From NCBI RefSeq assembly GCF_043950625.1, contig NZ_CP171007.1: DNA of 32,000 nt. One strand, written 5' to 3'. A program made the translations under genes and the position numbers. The notes below the pieces were generated by a model, which worked only from the letters and a program-made list of their open reading frames with translations, was not told the DNA's origin and searched no databases. Below are positions 1-10,661 of the stretch, in pieces; the first letter of the stretch is position 1; every line of letters starts with the position of its first letter. The DNA comes from Alkanindiges sp. WGS2144. GTDB taxonomy: Bacteria; Pseudomonadota; Gammaproteobacteria; Pseudomonadales; Moraxellaceae.

Positions 1-126
1 TCCCGTCATATTGAGTGTTTATTTTATAAACCATCTAGTATTTTTGCTCTAGACTTAAGTCTTGATTAAAAAGGTATTGTACTTTTAGGCTCATTTTAAA
101 TTTTTTGTCACTTTGCCCTACCCATT

Positions 127-155
127 AAAAAGCGCTTTATACTTTAAATAAAGCG
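127..155 (-). terminator. Rho-independent terminator downstream of pssA
   Basis: Inverted repeat CGCTTTAT (133-140) and ATAAAGCG (148-155) with a 7-nt loop. It is followed on the minus strand by a U-run (A-run 127-131 on +). It lies about 35 nt after the pssA stop. Confidence 0.6.
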
Positions 156-189
156 TCTCCTAAATCTGGCTCATACCTATGTTATAAAT

Positions 190-1014
190 TTATGACTTAC
201 TGGAACGACTCATGATGGTTGTAACTATACCTGATAGCGCATAAATCAATGCGACGACTAAAATACCAATAGGAATATTGTAAGTTACAGCACCTAATAT
301 CAGTACTACTGGCAACATCACTGCAAAAGGAACTCGCTTACGATCCAGCTGTTTAAAACTGAAATACTTCACGTTACTGATCATCAGTAAGCCTGCAATT
401 ACAATGATTGTGGCATAAGTAATTTGCCAGGACAGGTCGGAAACAACAAACAGGGAGGGGTTATCAATTCCTACCCATACTGAACTGATCACTAAAATGG
501 CCGCCAATGGACTTGCCAGCCCAATGAAGTAACGTTTATCAACCGTGCCAATGTGCACATTAAAACGTGCCAGGCGAAAAGCAGCGCAGGCTGTATAGAT
601 AAACGCACAGGCTAACCCAATACGACCCAGAGGCTCTAGTGCCCAGCTGTAAACCAGCATAGCCGGCGCTACTCCAAAGGACAGCATATCGGACAGGGAA
701 TCGTATTGCTCGCCAAAGGCACTTTGTGCGCCAGTCCAGCGGGCTACCCGGCCATCGAGCCCATCGAACAGGGCCGCCAGAAAGATCGCAATAATGGCAT
801 GATTAAATTCATTATTACTACTGGCAATAATAGAATAGAAACCTGATAGCAATGCAGCAGTAGTAATAAGGTTGGGCCACAGGTAGATACCTTTGCTCTT
901 AATTCGGTGACCTTCCTGGGTGTGCTCTTCTTCTACAATTTCAAACGTCAGGCCATCATGATCTTCATCAAGCGACCCTGGTGAGCGTGGTTCCAGATTA
1001 GAAGGCTGTGGCAT
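190..1014 (-). CDS. pssA: CDP-diacylglycerol--serine O-phosphatidyltransferase (CDP-alcohol phosphatidyltransferase family)
   Basis: 274-aa polytopic membrane protein. It carries the CDP-alcohol transferase motif region DGLDGRVARWTGAQSAFGEQYDSLSD. Confidence 0.88.
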   Translation of the reverse strand: MPQPSNLEPRSPGSLDEDHDGLTFEIVEEEHTQEGHRIKSKGIYLWPNLITTAALLSGFYSIIASSNNEFNHAIIAIFLAALFDGLDGRVARWTGAQSAFGEQYDSLSDMLSFGVAPAMLVYSWALEPLGRIGLACAFIYTACAAFRLARFNVHIGTVDKRYFIGLASPLAAILVISSVWVGIDNPSLFVVSDLSWQITYATIIVIAGLLMISNVKYFSFKQLDRKRVPFAVMLPVVLILGAVTYNIPIGILVVALIYALSGIVTTIMSRSSKS

Positions 1015-1077
1015 GATTTAGCTCCACTGTTCTTGGTTAATTATGGATGTATCAGTTATTTTTACCTGGCAATTCTT

Positions 1078-1935
1078 TTATTCACCTGCCAACCAGCGTA
1101 CCGCAGCATGTCCGCCATTCTCACTCATTTTCAGATGGGGAAACAGCCATTGCAATATTGCTTCAGCCTGATCGGCAAATTGCCATGGCGGGTTAATAAT
1201 TAACATTCCGCAGCCATTTAGCCCAACAGGCGTATCATCTGGCCAAACGCACAGCTCACAAACCAGCTGTTTTTTAATTCCTGTTTTAAGCATTTTTTTC
1301 TCAAAACGCTCAATCATACTGCGATCTTTGATGGGATACCACAACACATACACGCCTGTCGGCCATTTTTTATGAGCAGTAGTTAATAGCTCAACCAACT
1401 GTGGAAAGTCCTTTCGCTCCGTTTCGTAAGGTGGATCAATCATGATCAGGCCACGTTTTTCTGGAGGTGGAATAACAGCCAGTAGCCCTTCATAAGCGTC
1501 CCGCCGGTGTACACCAAAACGTGTATCCCGAACATGATGCTTAAGCTGAAAAAACACCTCAGGCTGCATTTCAAATACTGTCGCTGTATCCTGCTGACGC
1601 AAATGCTGACTGCTAAACCAGGGTGATCCCGGGTACCAGCCCTTGCCCTGCTGGCCGCGTAGTTGCTCAATATCTTTTAAATAGGTCTGAATGGATTTGG
1701 GGGCCTGTGCAGTGATTGAACGATTGAGCTGAACCAGTCGATGTATGCCTTCCAAGTACTCCCCTGACTTTTGTGAGGGCGCTAATGACAAATCATACAT
1801 CCCCTCGCCACCATGCGTATCAATATAACGATAGGGTTTGTCCTTAATGTTCAGGTGGCTGAGCAGCTCTATAAGCAGAACATGCTTCATTACATCAGCA
1901 AAATTACCCGCGTGAAAATGATGTCGATAATTCAT
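1078..1935 (-). CDS. rlmJ: 23S rRNA (adenine2030-N6)-methyltransferase
   Basis: 285 aa. The N-terminus MNYRHHFHAGNFADVMKH and the IDPPYE motif match my recollection of E. coli RlmJ (YhiR) along its length. Confidence 0.85.
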   Translation of the reverse strand: MNYRHHFHAGNFADVMKHVLLIELLSHLNIKDKPYRYIDTHGGEGMYDLSLAPSQKSGEYLEGIHRLVQLNRSITAQAPKSIQTYLKDIEQLRGQQGKGWYPGSPWFSSQHLRQQDTATVFEMQPEVFFQLKHHVRDTRFGVHRRDAYEGLLAVIPPPEKRGLIMIDPPYETERKDFPQLVELLTTAHKKWPTGVYVLWYPIKDRSMIERFEKKMLKTGIKKQLVCELCVWPDDTPVGLNGCGMLIINPPWQFADQAEAILQWLFPHLKMSENGGHAAVRWLAGE

Positions 1936-2128
1936 GATCTAATTTAACAGCCTGAAGATAAATTTTGCTTAATGGTAGCACGAACTATCCCTCTAATTTG
2001 TGTAGCAGACATGAATAGTTTTAGAACAGGACTTAGAATCTCTCAACTTGAAAATAGAAAGCTAAGCCTCTATTAAATGAGTTAACCCCTATCTGATTTT
2101 TATAAATTAGCCAACAAAAGGATAACGC

Positions 2129-2671
2129 ATGACTGATCTTGCTCAGCTTAACAGTGCCCAGATTGTGGAGAGAATTGGTGAAACTGATCAACAGTTTTTA
2201 ACTGAACCCACTGCTACGCTGGCCAAAACGCGCGCTCAGTTGCGAATAAAACTGGTGGAGTTTAGTCATCAAAAAAAAGAACAACTTTATTTTTTAACTG
2301 AAGCAGTGGTTTTGCTGGAAACTGCGCTCATGCAGGCCTGTAATCTGCAAGAACATCTGGAGCTAAGTGCTGCGCTTGGGGAAGCCTATTTATCCTTTTA
2401 TCAATATACCAAAGAGCAGCGTTATATGGTGATTAGCAAACAGGTGCTTAAGGCTTTGTCGCACTATGACAGTCCGGTAATTTTGCTGGCTTTGGCACGT
2501 TTGAGTGCGTTTGAAGGACACGCTGCTCTGGTTAGGCATTGGCTTACCCGGCTATTACGTTTGCCTGAAGCTGATTTCCAGTTTATGGATAGTATTAAAC
2601 AGGCACCAGAGCTAAGCACACATATCCAGCAGGATTGGTTTAAGCAGCTTTTACAACAAAAGCTGCATTAA
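2129..2671 (+). CDS. Hypothetical helical protein, 180 aa
   Basis: Long ORF with an ATG start and AAAAGGA upstream. I recognise no motif. Confidence 0.55.
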   Translation: MTDLAQLNSAQIVERIGETDQQFLTEPTATLAKTRAQLRIKLVEFSHQKKEQLYFLTEAVVLLETALMQACNLQEHLELSAALGEAYLSFYQYTKEQRYMVISKQVLKALSHYDSPVILLALARLSAFEGHAALVRHWLTRLLRLPEADFQFMDSIKQAPELSTHIQQDWFKQLLQQKLH

Positions 2672-2699
2672 CAAGGTAGGATGAATACTAAAAACTGGC

Positions 2700-2948
2700 T
2701 TATACTTTCGGCATTGAGTCGGCGTGTAACTCAGCATTGAGCTGATCAATAATAGGCGCCCACTCATCATCGCCATGCCACTTTTCTTTTAAAAGCTGGG
2801 ATTGCCCTGCTGACCAAAAGGGTGCATCACCCAGTTTAACATTATCAGGTAGCTGATGATTTTGAATGAACGTCTCTATAGCTTCTGGAGAAGAATCCAG
2901 GCCCAACTGTTCAAACAAGGCTTCCAGGCAAGGTGACGTCAGATCCAT
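2700..2948 (-). CDS. DUF2789-like small protein, 82 aa
   Basis: The size and the pattern LFEQLGL...IETFIQNHQL...APFW...Q..LLKE resemble the DUF2789 family as I recall it. Confidence 0.65.
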   Translation of the reverse strand: MDLTSPCLEALFEQLGLDSSPEAIETFIQNHQLPDNVKLGDAPFWSAGQSQLLKEKWHGDDEWAPIIDQLNAELHADSMPKV

Positions 2949-3066
2949 ATCTTTCTCCCTAATTTATTAAAAATGATAATAAAATTTATAAACCAACAGG
3001 ACAAAATGACAAGCAACAAAACGTAGCATATTGTGCGATTTTTATTTTTAATGATGGGTTACTGAT

Positions 3067-3092
3067 AAAAAAGCCCCAGCAATTGCTGAGGC
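3067..3092 (-). terminator. Rho-independent terminator downstream of mdh
   Basis: GCCCCAGC (3073-3080) and GCTGAGGC (3085-3092) form a stem with one G-U pair on the minus strand and a 4-nt loop. A U-run follows (A-run 3067-3072 on +). Confidence 0.65.
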
Positions 3093-3110
3093 CTTAATAA
3101 CACTATTTAA

Positions 3111-4097
3111 TTACTTTAAAAGATGAGCGACTGCTTCACGCTCGCCTTCTAGTTCAGCCAGGGTAGCATCCATTTTTTCACGGCTGAATTCATCAATTTC
3201 CAGACCTTCTACACGGGTATATTCACCATTTTCACAAGTTACTGGCACACCATACATAACGTCTTTAGGAATACCATAGGAACCGTCAGATGGAACACCC
3301 ATAGTTACCCATTTGCCATTGGTACCCAGTGCCCAGTCGCGCATGTGGTCAATAGCCGCATTGGCAGCAGAAGCAGCAGAAGACAAGCCGCGTGCCTCAA
3401 TAATGGCTGCACCACGCTTACCTACTGTTGGCAGGAATACGTTGCGGTTCCACTCTTCATCATTGATTTTGTCTTTAATGCTCTCACCATTAACCGTCGC
3501 AAAGCGATAGTCAGCATACATGGTTGGAGAATGGTTGCCCCATACAGTCAGATTTTCGATATCTGCTACAGCAACACCCGCTTTTTGTGCAATCTGAGTC
3601 AGGGCACGGTTGTGATCCAGACGCAGCATGGCCGTAAAGTTTTTAGCGGGTAAATCCGGGGCAGATTTCATGGCAATATAAGCGTTGGTGTTGGCAGGGT
3701 TACCTACAACCAGCACTTTTACATTGCGGCTGGCTACATCATTTAAGGCCTTGCCTTGAGCAATGAAGATTTCACCGTTTACCGCTAGCAGTTCAGCACG
3801 CTCCATGCCAGGACCCCGTGGACGTGAACCTACCAGCAGCGCGTAATCAGCATCTTTAAATGCGATATTTGGATCATCAGTACCAATCATGCCTGCCAGT
3901 AAAGGAAAAGCACAATCATCCAGTTCCATCATGACGCCTTTTAACGCCTGCTGGGCTTTTTCTACCGGCACTTCCAACAACTGAAGAATCACTGGCTGAT
4001 CTTTACCCAGCATTTCGCCACTGGCAATACGGAATAATAAGCTGTAACCAATTTGACCTGCAGCGCCAGTTACGGCAACGCGAACGGGTTGCTTCAT
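3111..4097 (-). CDS. mdh: Malate dehydrogenase (LDH-like, 328 aa)
   Basis: The N-terminal Rossmann motif [21 protein letters not shown] and the motif [10 protein letters not shown] are present. Full-length resemblance to proteobacterial Mdh. Confidence 0.97.
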   Translation of the reverse strand: MKQPVRVAVTGAAGQIGYSLLFRIASGEMLGKDQPVILQLLEVPVEKAQQALKGVMMELDDCAFPLLAGMIGTDDPNIAFKDADYALLVGSRPRGPGMERAELLAVNGEIFIAQGKALNDVASRNVKVLVVGNPANTNAYIAMKSAPDLPAKNFTAMLRLDHNRALTQIAQKAGVAVADIENLTVWGNHSPTMYADYRFATVNGESIKDKINDEEWNRNVFLPTVGKRGAAIIEARGLSSAASAANAAIDHMRDWALGTNGKWVTMGVPSDGSYGIPKDVMYGVPVTCENGEYTRVEGLEIDEFSREKMDATLAELEGEREAVAHLLK

Positions 4098-4164
4098 GTT
4101 TTTTCTCCAATTTACAGGAAAGATATGTCTGGTTAATTAAAAGCCAGATTGATGGTGGCTTTTA

Positions 4165-4188
4165 ATATCGGCGACTCTTATATCGGCG
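4165..4188. repeat. Two copies of ATATCGGCG spaced 15 bp start to start, in the intergenic region upstream of mdh
   Basis: ATATCGGCG occurs at 4165-4173 and 4180-4188. The repeat is read directly from the sequence and its function is unknown. Confidence 0.3.
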
Positions 4189-4318
4189 CCAAGATTGTAC
4201 TTGATTAATGAATAACGCGCGAGTACGACAACCGCTAAAATCAGTAAAATTGGGTATTTTTTACGATGCTATCATGACAAATAAAAAGCAGATCTTGCTA
4301 GATAGCCAACTATTACGC

Positions 4319-4978
4319 TCAGGGCGCTCCCTGTAGTACAAATGTAGCCGGGCAGTTGGAGCGTACTGTTGCCGGGCAGGATACGTATTGTCCACTAGCG
4401 TTATAACAGACGCGCAATTCGGTTAACACCGGCGTACTAAAGCGTGAAGGCTGGGTGCAACGCAGCTGTACACCATCGGCTGGCAGAGAGTTATTTAATA
4501 GTTGCAACTGCTGGATCAGACTGCTGCGCTGCATGGTCACTTCACGTGGCGCATTAAATTCTGGTGGAACACGAAGACGGCCTGCATAGTTGGCTATAGT
4601 TCTAAAATAGGTGCTGGCTGTCATTCCAGTACAGCCACCATTACGCTGCCAGTCCTCCTGGCGCAGGCTCTCATCCGGCATTACCCGGTCAACCACACGC
4701 GCCTGTAAAGGATTAAGGGCAGCGGGTGTTTTACTATAACAGTCTTCAGCAGTATGGGAAGGTAGTTCGGGTTTGAGTGAGGCAATGGTGAGCGAAAAGC
4801 CTTCCTGACACTGTCTAAGCTTGCGCCGACTTGAATCCATGGCGCAAATTGCTGGGGTCATATGAATAATCAACGTATAACGCTGTGGACGCACCTGATC
4901 TGCGGCCAACGCTGGTTGCAAAAGCGAGGCTAAAAATAAAGCAGAAAAGATCCACAGCAGGCTATGCCGTTGTTTCAT
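4319..4978 (-). CDS. Secreted RNase I/T2-family homologue lacking the catalytic histidines
   Basis: Signal peptide MKQRHSLLWIFSALFLASLLQPALA. The blocks RYTLIIHMTPAIC, GFSLTIASLKPELP, LRQEDWQRNGGCTG and NCPATFVLQG align by memory to the E. coli RNase I blocks RYVLALSWQTGFC, FLTVHGLWPGLP, LERYEYAKHGAC and NCGKTFVIDK. Confidence 0.6.
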   Translation of the reverse strand: MKQRHSLLWIFSALFLASLLQPALAADQVRPQRYTLIIHMTPAICAMDSSRRKLRQCQEGFSLTIASLKPELPSHTAEDCYSKTPAALNPLQARVVDRVMPDESLRQEDWQRNGGCTGMTASTYFRTIANYAGRLRVPPEFNAPREVTMQRSSLIQQLQLLNNSLPADGVQLRCTQPSRFSTPVLTELRVCYNASGQYVSCPATVRSNCPATFVLQGAP

Positions 4979-5178
4979 TTGATTAGCTCACCCACTGAAA
5001 AATACAATATAGACAAATCTTCAAGCATGGCATGTTAAACCGTTGGCCAGTTTTTCTGTAGCAGTGTCTTGTTGGGTAAACGTGAAAAAGCGTTGAGCCA
5101 AGTTTGCCGCAGGTCGTGCTGAGGCAATTTTTTAAGGCACTCGATCCCGCTAGTATAATCATTCATCTGCGTGCTGCC

Positions 5179-7212
5179 CTACTCCTGAAACTGCACTGGA
5201 ATTTTACTCATCCGTTCACTAATTGTTGGTGTTGCTCTACCAAACAACAGTGCGTAATAGGTCGTATTAGTCATTACATTCTTCACATAATCACGGGTTT
5301 CCAGTAGTGGAATGCTTTCAGCATATTGGTCTCCCGCCAGAGGCAGGTTGCCTGGTTGCCAGCGCCTGGCTCGATTAGGGCCTGCATTATAACCGGCTGT
5401 GGCCAGGACTGGCTGATTACTCAATTGCCCCTGAATATGGCTTAAATAATAGGTGCCATAACGGATATTGGTCTGCATATTTGACAATGCAGCACTGCTA
5501 TAAGACTCCCCGAGCTTGCCTGCAATCCATTTGGCAGTATCCGGCATGATCTGCATAAGGCCTCCTGCACCCACATGAGAACGCGCAGCCAGTATAAAAC
5601 GGCTTTCCTGTCGAATCAGACCATATACCCACGCTGGATCTATGCCAACATTATTGCTGTGCTGCACCACCTGCTCGCGGTATGGGGTCAGGAACTGCAG
5701 CTCATAGTTATGCAAGTTGGTGGTTCGTTCTGCTGCATAAATTGCCCGGTCATACCAGCCAATATTATTGGCACGACTAGCTGCTGCTAAAATCATGCCA
5801 TCATCGTGTTTTAGGTAGGCCTGACGCACAGCCCAGTTCCATTCCCGGTTGCTATAGGCTGCCGGTGCATTGATATTACGCAGGGCAAACGCACGCCTGA
5901 AATGAATGTCTGTATCCAGACGCTGCAAATCCTGAGCTGTCGGATGATAAGAATGGTCCAATTTTGTCAAAGATTGCCCTAACCGGTCCCTGGACAATAA
6001 ACCATAGTAGTCATTTTGTAGTGCCAAATTGGTATAAAATGCACGAGCAGCAGTTCGACCCTGCTCCTGACTCTGTGGATCATGGCTGCGCTGCTCGCTA
6101 GCGCGGGCAAACCAGTATTGCCAGCTGCGCTCCTGCTGCATGGGCAAACTCATGCTATCTACTGCCCGCAGTACAGCCTCCCATTGATTAAAACGGACAG
6201 CTTGCCGTGCGTAACTTTCAGCTTCTTCATCGCTAAACGGATAGCCGTAACTTTGATCAAACCAGCTTACTGACTGTGGATTAAAGCCATTTTGCATGAC
6301 CGAATTGGATGCCTTATAAGCTAATACACGGTAGCCATAGCGTTGCACATCAATGGGCAGGTGCGACTTGAATAGCGCCAACTGGCTGGCAGCCATATCG
6401 ACAGAAGTATCAGCCAAACGTGCCAGTGCAAATAAAAATTTGGCATGGTCAGCACTACTTACTAACGGTGGATTTTGCAGATATGTTAGCGGACTACTGG
6501 CCAGATAGGTTAAATCTACCGCATTCAGGTTAATTCCCAGACTCTGGGCAACCTGCACTGCGTTACCCAGCTGCCCGGCCCGCAGCATTGTCCACAATCG
6601 CTGCTGCCGATCCTGTGCACTCTTTAGCGGACTATTCACCATCAGCCTCGCGAGCCCATCACAGGATTCAGGCTGCTTATTGGTGCGCAACCAGACACGG
6701 TTGAATTCAGAGATTGCCAGCGGATCACCAGAAATGGCCTGTACCTGCCCAACCGCACAGCTTTCGGCCTCATCCGGATTGCTCACATAAGCAATAAGCG
6801 CCCGGGCACTTGCAATATCACCTGTCTTTACTTTTTCTTCCACATAATCGGCAGCCAGTTTTTCGGCCATGGCAGAGTTAGAATAACGGCCTACAAAAGA
6901 TAAAATAGCCTGCGGTGACTGTGTTGCCAGATCGGTATTTAATTTCCAGTATTCAGGATAATACGCCAGCACGCTATCCTGCATGGCAAACTGATAATTG
7001 TCTAAAAGGCTTATATTGCCACTATTGGCGGCTGTTAACGCACTATTAAAATCACTGTCGGCTGCCCAGCCTGATGCAGTATAGAATCCGGAAAGACCGA
7101 GGGACACCAATAAGGTTGCCCACAAAGTTCTGGTACGCTTGTGAGAAGTCTTTTTGACTAGATGTTTTTTGCTGCCTTGTTGAGACCTGCACGTTGTCAG
7201 AACAGTTACCAT
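5179..7212 (-). CDS. slt: Soluble lytic murein transglycosylase (Slt70-like)
   Basis: 677 aa with a superhelical N-terminal region. The C-terminal SLT domain carries the catalytic GLIRQESRF motif and AGYNAGPNRARRW. Confidence 0.9.
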   Translation of the reverse strand: MVTVLTTCRSQQGSKKHLVKKTSHKRTRTLWATLLVSLGLSGFYTASGWAADSDFNSALTAANSGNISLLDNYQFAMQDSVLAYYPEYWKLNTDLATQSPQAILSFVGRYSNSAMAEKLAADYVEEKVKTGDIASARALIAYVSNPDEAESCAVGQVQAISGDPLAISEFNRVWLRTNKQPESCDGLARLMVNSPLKSAQDRQQRLWTMLRAGQLGNAVQVAQSLGINLNAVDLTYLASSPLTYLQNPPLVSSADHAKFLFALARLADTSVDMAASQLALFKSHLPIDVQRYGYRVLAYKASNSVMQNGFNPQSVSWFDQSYGYPFSDEEAESYARQAVRFNQWEAVLRAVDSMSLPMQQERSWQYWFARASEQRSHDPQSQEQGRTAARAFYTNLALQNDYYGLLSRDRLGQSLTKLDHSYHPTAQDLQRLDTDIHFRRAFALRNINAPAAYSNREWNWAVRQAYLKHDDGMILAAASRANNIGWYDRAIYAAERTTNLHNYELQFLTPYREQVVQHSNNVGIDPAWVYGLIRQESRFILAARSHVGAGGLMQIMPDTAKWIAGKLGESYSSAALSNMQTNIRYGTYYLSHIQGQLSNQPVLATAGYNAGPNRARRWQPGNLPLAGDQYAESIPLLETRDYVKNVMTNTTYYALLFGRATPTISERMSKIPVQFQE

Positions 7213-7494
7213 GAACCAACCTTATATTGCTTAAGTTTTTACCAACCCTTAAGTCTAGAGGGCTTGGCATGTGGGAAAATAGTTAGCTTCTGTAAATAAA
7301 GCAGTACTGTGTTACACAAAATAACAATTTGGTGATACCTGACCCTGCAACCTGACAGCGTAATCCAGGCTTTTTTATATACAAACCCTGCTCTTTGAAC
7401 ATAAAAAATGTTAGAATTTTGCCCTTTATTCTTTGCTATGCCCGTTCAATTATCAGGCTATATTAGCATGACCAGTTGAGCCCAAGGAGCTTTC

Positions 7495-8967
7495 ATGACG
7501 GTTCAAACCTTTGTCCCTTCAGTATCTGGCGTTACAGCGGCCACCACCGGTACGCCTGAGCGCGAGTCTGCACAAGGCGGCTTGCCTGTAAAGCGCCTTT
7601 ATATAGAGACGCAGGGCTGCCAGATGAATGAATACGATAGTAGTCGTATGGCTGACCTGCTGGGTGACTCACATGGCTATGTGCTGACCAATGATCCCGG
7701 TGAAGCTGATGTATTGCTGATGAACACCTGCTCTATCCGTGAAAAAGCGCAGGAAAAGGTATTTAGTGAACTGGGTCGCTGGCGCAAGTTTAAAGAAGCC
7801 AATCCACAAGTAGTGATTGGTGTTGGTGGTTGTGTTGCCTCGCAAGAAGGTGAAGCCATTCAAAAGCGTGCTGCTTATGTGGATATGGTATTTGGCCCGC
7901 AAACCCTGCACCGTTTGCCACAAATGCTGGATCAGCATCAGGAACAAAAAGGCAGCAGCGGCAAGAAAAAAATCAGCCTGGTAGATATTTCCTTCCCGGA
8001 TATTGAGAAGTTTGACTTTTTGCCTGAGCCTCGCGTGGAAGGCTACAAGGCTTTTGTATCTATTATGGAAGGCTGCTCCAAATACTGCTCATTTTGTGTA
8101 GTGCCTTATACCCGTGGTGAAGAAGTCTCCCGTCCGCTAGATGATGTGCTGGCCGAAATTGTGACACTGGCTGAACAAGGCGTACGTGAAGTGACTCTGC
8201 TTGGACAGAATGTAAACGGTTATCGCGGCGAAACCTTTGAAGGCGAAATTTGCACTTTTGCCCAGTTGCTCAGGTTGGTGGCCGAAATTCCCGGTATTGG
8301 TCGTATTCGCTATACCACCAGCCATCCGCTGGAATTTTCTGATGAGCTGATTGAGGCATATGCTGACTTGCCACAGCTAGTATCGCACCTGCACCTGCCC
8401 GTACAAAGCGGTTCCAACGCGGTGCTGGCGGCCATGAAGCGCAACCACACCATTGATGTGTATATTGATAAAATTGCCAGGCTAAGGCAGGTGCGCCCTG
8501 ACATGCACTTATCAAGTGACTTTATTATTGGCTTTCCTGGTGAAGGCGATGCCGAGTTTGATGAAACCCTGCAATTTATTAAAGACCTGGATTTTGACCA
8601 CTCTTATAGCTTTATTTATTCCAAACGTCCCGGCACACCAGCATCCGAACTGCCTGATGACACGCCAGATCTTGTAAAAAAAGCCCGTCTGGCTGCGATA
8701 AAAGATGTGATCAAACGCTCCAGTATTGCCAAAACTGACGCCATGCTAGGCCAAACTGTGCGCGTATTGATTGAAAAACCATCAGATCGCCACCATGATA
8801 TGCTTATTGGCAGCGCCGACAATACCCGCCTGGTTCAGCTCAGAGGTGAGCCCGACTGGATTGGACGCTTTGCCCAGGTCAAGATCACTCACATCAAAAG
8901 CATGAATCTGGTTGAAGGTGAGCTCTTGACACTAGAGCCCTTGACCGCAGAAACCCAGCTATCGTAA
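7495..8967 (+). CDS. miaB: tRNA-2-methylthio-N6-dimethylallyladenosine synthase (radical SAM methylthiotransferase)
   Basis: It has an N-terminal UPF0004 Cys triad (QGCQMN...NTCSIR...GGCVA), the radical-SAM motif CSKYCSFC and a C-terminal TRAM domain. Confidence 0.95.
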   Translation: MTVQTFVPSVSGVTAATTGTPERESAQGGLPVKRLYIETQGCQMNEYDSSRMADLLGDSHGYVLTNDPGEADVLLMNTCSIREKAQEKVFSELGRWRKFKEANPQVVIGVGGCVASQEGEAIQKRAAYVDMVFGPQTLHRLPQMLDQHQEQKGSSGKKKISLVDISFPDIEKFDFLPEPRVEGYKAFVSIMEGCSKYCSFCVVPYTRGEEVSRPLDDVLAEIVTLAEQGVREVTLLGQNVNGYRGETFEGEICTFAQLLRLVAEIPGIGRIRYTTSHPLEFSDELIEAYADLPQLVSHLHLPVQSGSNAVLAAMKRNHTIDVYIDKIARLRQVRPDMHLSSDFIIGFPGEGDAEFDETLQFIKDLDFDHSYSFIYSKRPGTPASELPDDTPDLVKKARLAAIKDVIKRSSIAKTDAMLGQTVRVLIEKPSDRHHDMLIGSADNTRLVQLRGEPDWIGRFAQVKITHIKSMNLVEGELLTLEPLTAETQLS

Positions 8968-8998
8968 GCTCAAATGGCTTACCCACTTAAAAGGAATC

Positions 8999-10150
8999 AT
9001 GTTGGCAGCATCCATTCGTCGTACAGTTGAAGTCGAAGGGGTTACCCTGGAACGTTTAAAGTCCATGTTAGGCGCCTATAATGCTCACCTTAAGCTTATT
9101 GAGCAGCGCCTTGAGGTTAAGATTGTCCAGCGCGGTGATTTATTTATTATAGATGGCGATCTGGATGCTGTAGAACGTGCCGAAATTCTGCTAAAACGGC
9201 TGTTTGAAGAATCTGCCGATAATCGCTCCATCACTTCCGACCAGCTTCATCTGCTCATTCAGGGCAGTCAAACCGAGCGTGAGATAGATCCCAGTGAACA
9301 GGAAGCTTCCTTTCCAGTCTATCTGCAAACCCGCAAGGGTAAAATTCACCCGCGTGGTGCCAACCAGCGCCGCTACGTGCAGCGTATCCTGCAAAGCGAT
9401 ATTTCCTTTGGGGTTGGCCCTGCTGGTACCGGCAAAACCTATCTGGCGGTTGCTGCCGCAGTAGATATGCTGGAGCGCAACGAAATTCAGCGTATTTTGC
9501 TGGTTCGGCCTGCGGTTGAGGCAGGGGAAAAACTGGGCTTTTTACCCGGTGACCTGACCCAGAAAATTGACCCTTACCTGCGCCCCTTATATGACGCACT
9601 GTATGAAATGCTGGGTTTTGAAAAAGTAGCCAAGCTGATTGAACGTCAGGTGATTGAAGTAGCACCACTTGCCTATATGCGTGGCCGCACCTTGAATCAC
9701 TCTTTTGTCATCCTGGATGAAGCGCAAAACACTACGCCGGAACAAATGAAGATGTTTCTGACCCGCTTGGGTTTTGGTTCGCGTGCGGTGATTACTGGTG
9801 ATATTACACAGGTAGACTTGCCACGTGGTCACCAGTCTGGTCTGGCACATGCCTTGCGTGTACTGGAACCCATTGAGGAAATCCACATTACCCGCTTTCA
9901 TTCACGTGATGTGGTACGCCATCAACTGGTGCAAAAAATTGTTGAAGCCTATGAAGGTTTTGATGATCACCAGCAAAGGCTTTCACAAGAAGCAAAGCAG
10001 GCAAGGCAAGCACGTTTGCAAGCAGCTATTGACCATAATGATCAGGCCGCTAATGCCCAGCATGTTAGCTTGGACGATAATATTAATGCTGTTTCGCCTG
10101 CACTGGAGAGTAACATTAACCAGCCCGTTGCCAGTGACCAGCCCAAATGA
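8999..10150 (+). CDS. ybeZ: PhoH-like ATPase
   Basis: Walker A GPAGTGKT and the motif ILDEAQN are present. The position between miaB and ybeY is conserved. There is a low-complexity C-terminal tail. Confidence 0.9.
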   Translation: MLAASIRRTVEVEGVTLERLKSMLGAYNAHLKLIEQRLEVKIVQRGDLFIIDGDLDAVERAEILLKRLFEESADNRSITSDQLHLLIQGSQTEREIDPSEQEASFPVYLQTRKGKIHPRGANQRRYVQRILQSDISFGVGPAGTGKTYLAVAAAVDMLERNEIQRILLVRPAVEAGEKLGFLPGDLTQKIDPYLRPLYDALYEMLGFEKVAKLIERQVIEVAPLAYMRGRTLNHSFVILDEAQNTTPEQMKMFLTRLGFGSRAVITGDITQVDLPRGHQSGLAHALRVLEPIEEIHITRFHSRDVVRHQLVQKIVEAYEGFDDHQQRLSQEAKQARQARLQAAIDHNDQAANAQHVSLDDNINAVSPALESNINQPVASDQPK

Positions 10151-10650
10151 ACCCACGCCTGATTAAGCTTGGCTTGCAACAGGCTTATCGCTCGCCCGAT
10201 TTAATTATCAAGCGGGCGGCTATATTAAAGTATGTCGCACAAACGCTAGGTGCTATTGGTTTTGAACAAGCCTGTGATATCAGTATTCGCCTGGTGGATA
10301 ATGCTGAAAGTCACGAACTTAACCTGTATTACCGGCATAAAGACAAGCCAACCAATGTGCTGTCATTTCCCAGCGACCTGCCTGACGATATTGCCCAAAT
10401 GCTGGGACAAAAGCCATTGGGTGATCTGGTCATCTGCCTGCCCGTGGTGTTACAAGAAGCCGCCGCACAACAAAAAACGCCCGATGCACATTTTGCCCAT
10501 ATGGTCGTACATGGCATATTACACCTTATGGGTTATGACCACGAGTTGGGCGAGCAGGAAGCCACGCAAATGGAGGCTATTGAGGTTACCGTGCTACAGA
10601 AGCTAGGTTTTTCAGATCCTTATTCGCTCGACCAGCAGCCAAACCCCTGA
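10147..10650 (+). CDS. ybeY: Endoribonuclease YbeY (rRNA maturation factor)
   Basis: The zinc motif [11 protein letters not shown] is present. The start overlaps the ybeZ stop in an ATGA arrangement. Confidence 0.92.
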   Translation: MNPRLIKLGLQQAYRSPDLIIKRAAILKYVAQTLGAIGFEQACDISIRLVDNAESHELNLYYRHKDKPTNVLSFPSDLPDDIAQMLGQKPLGDLVICLPVVLQEAAAQQKTPDAHFAHMVVHGILHLMGYDHELGEQEATQMEAIEVTVLQKLGFSDPYSLDQQPNP

Positions 10651-10661
10651 CCTCAGGTTGC

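Noticed and set aside
1446-1670. 74-aa minus-strand ORF inside rlmJ in another frame
   Set aside because: It lies fully within a well-supported gene. It has no SD and its composition is implausible. It is a frame-shadow ORF.
3313-3653. Two plus-strand ORFs (65 and 102 aa) antisense to mdh
   Set aside because: They are antisense shadows of a highly conserved gene. Their translations are low-complexity and Ser/Arg/Cys-rich.
7669-8822. Cluster of minus-strand ORFs (60-92 aa) antisense to miaB
   Set aside because: All of them lie inside miaB. None has a start context or a recognisable motif.
9191-10166. Several ORFs antisense to or out of frame with ybeZ, including 9825-10166 (+), 113 aa
   Set aside because: They overlap the PhoH-like gene entirely. 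Their Trp/Cys/Met-rich translations are typical of off-frame reading.
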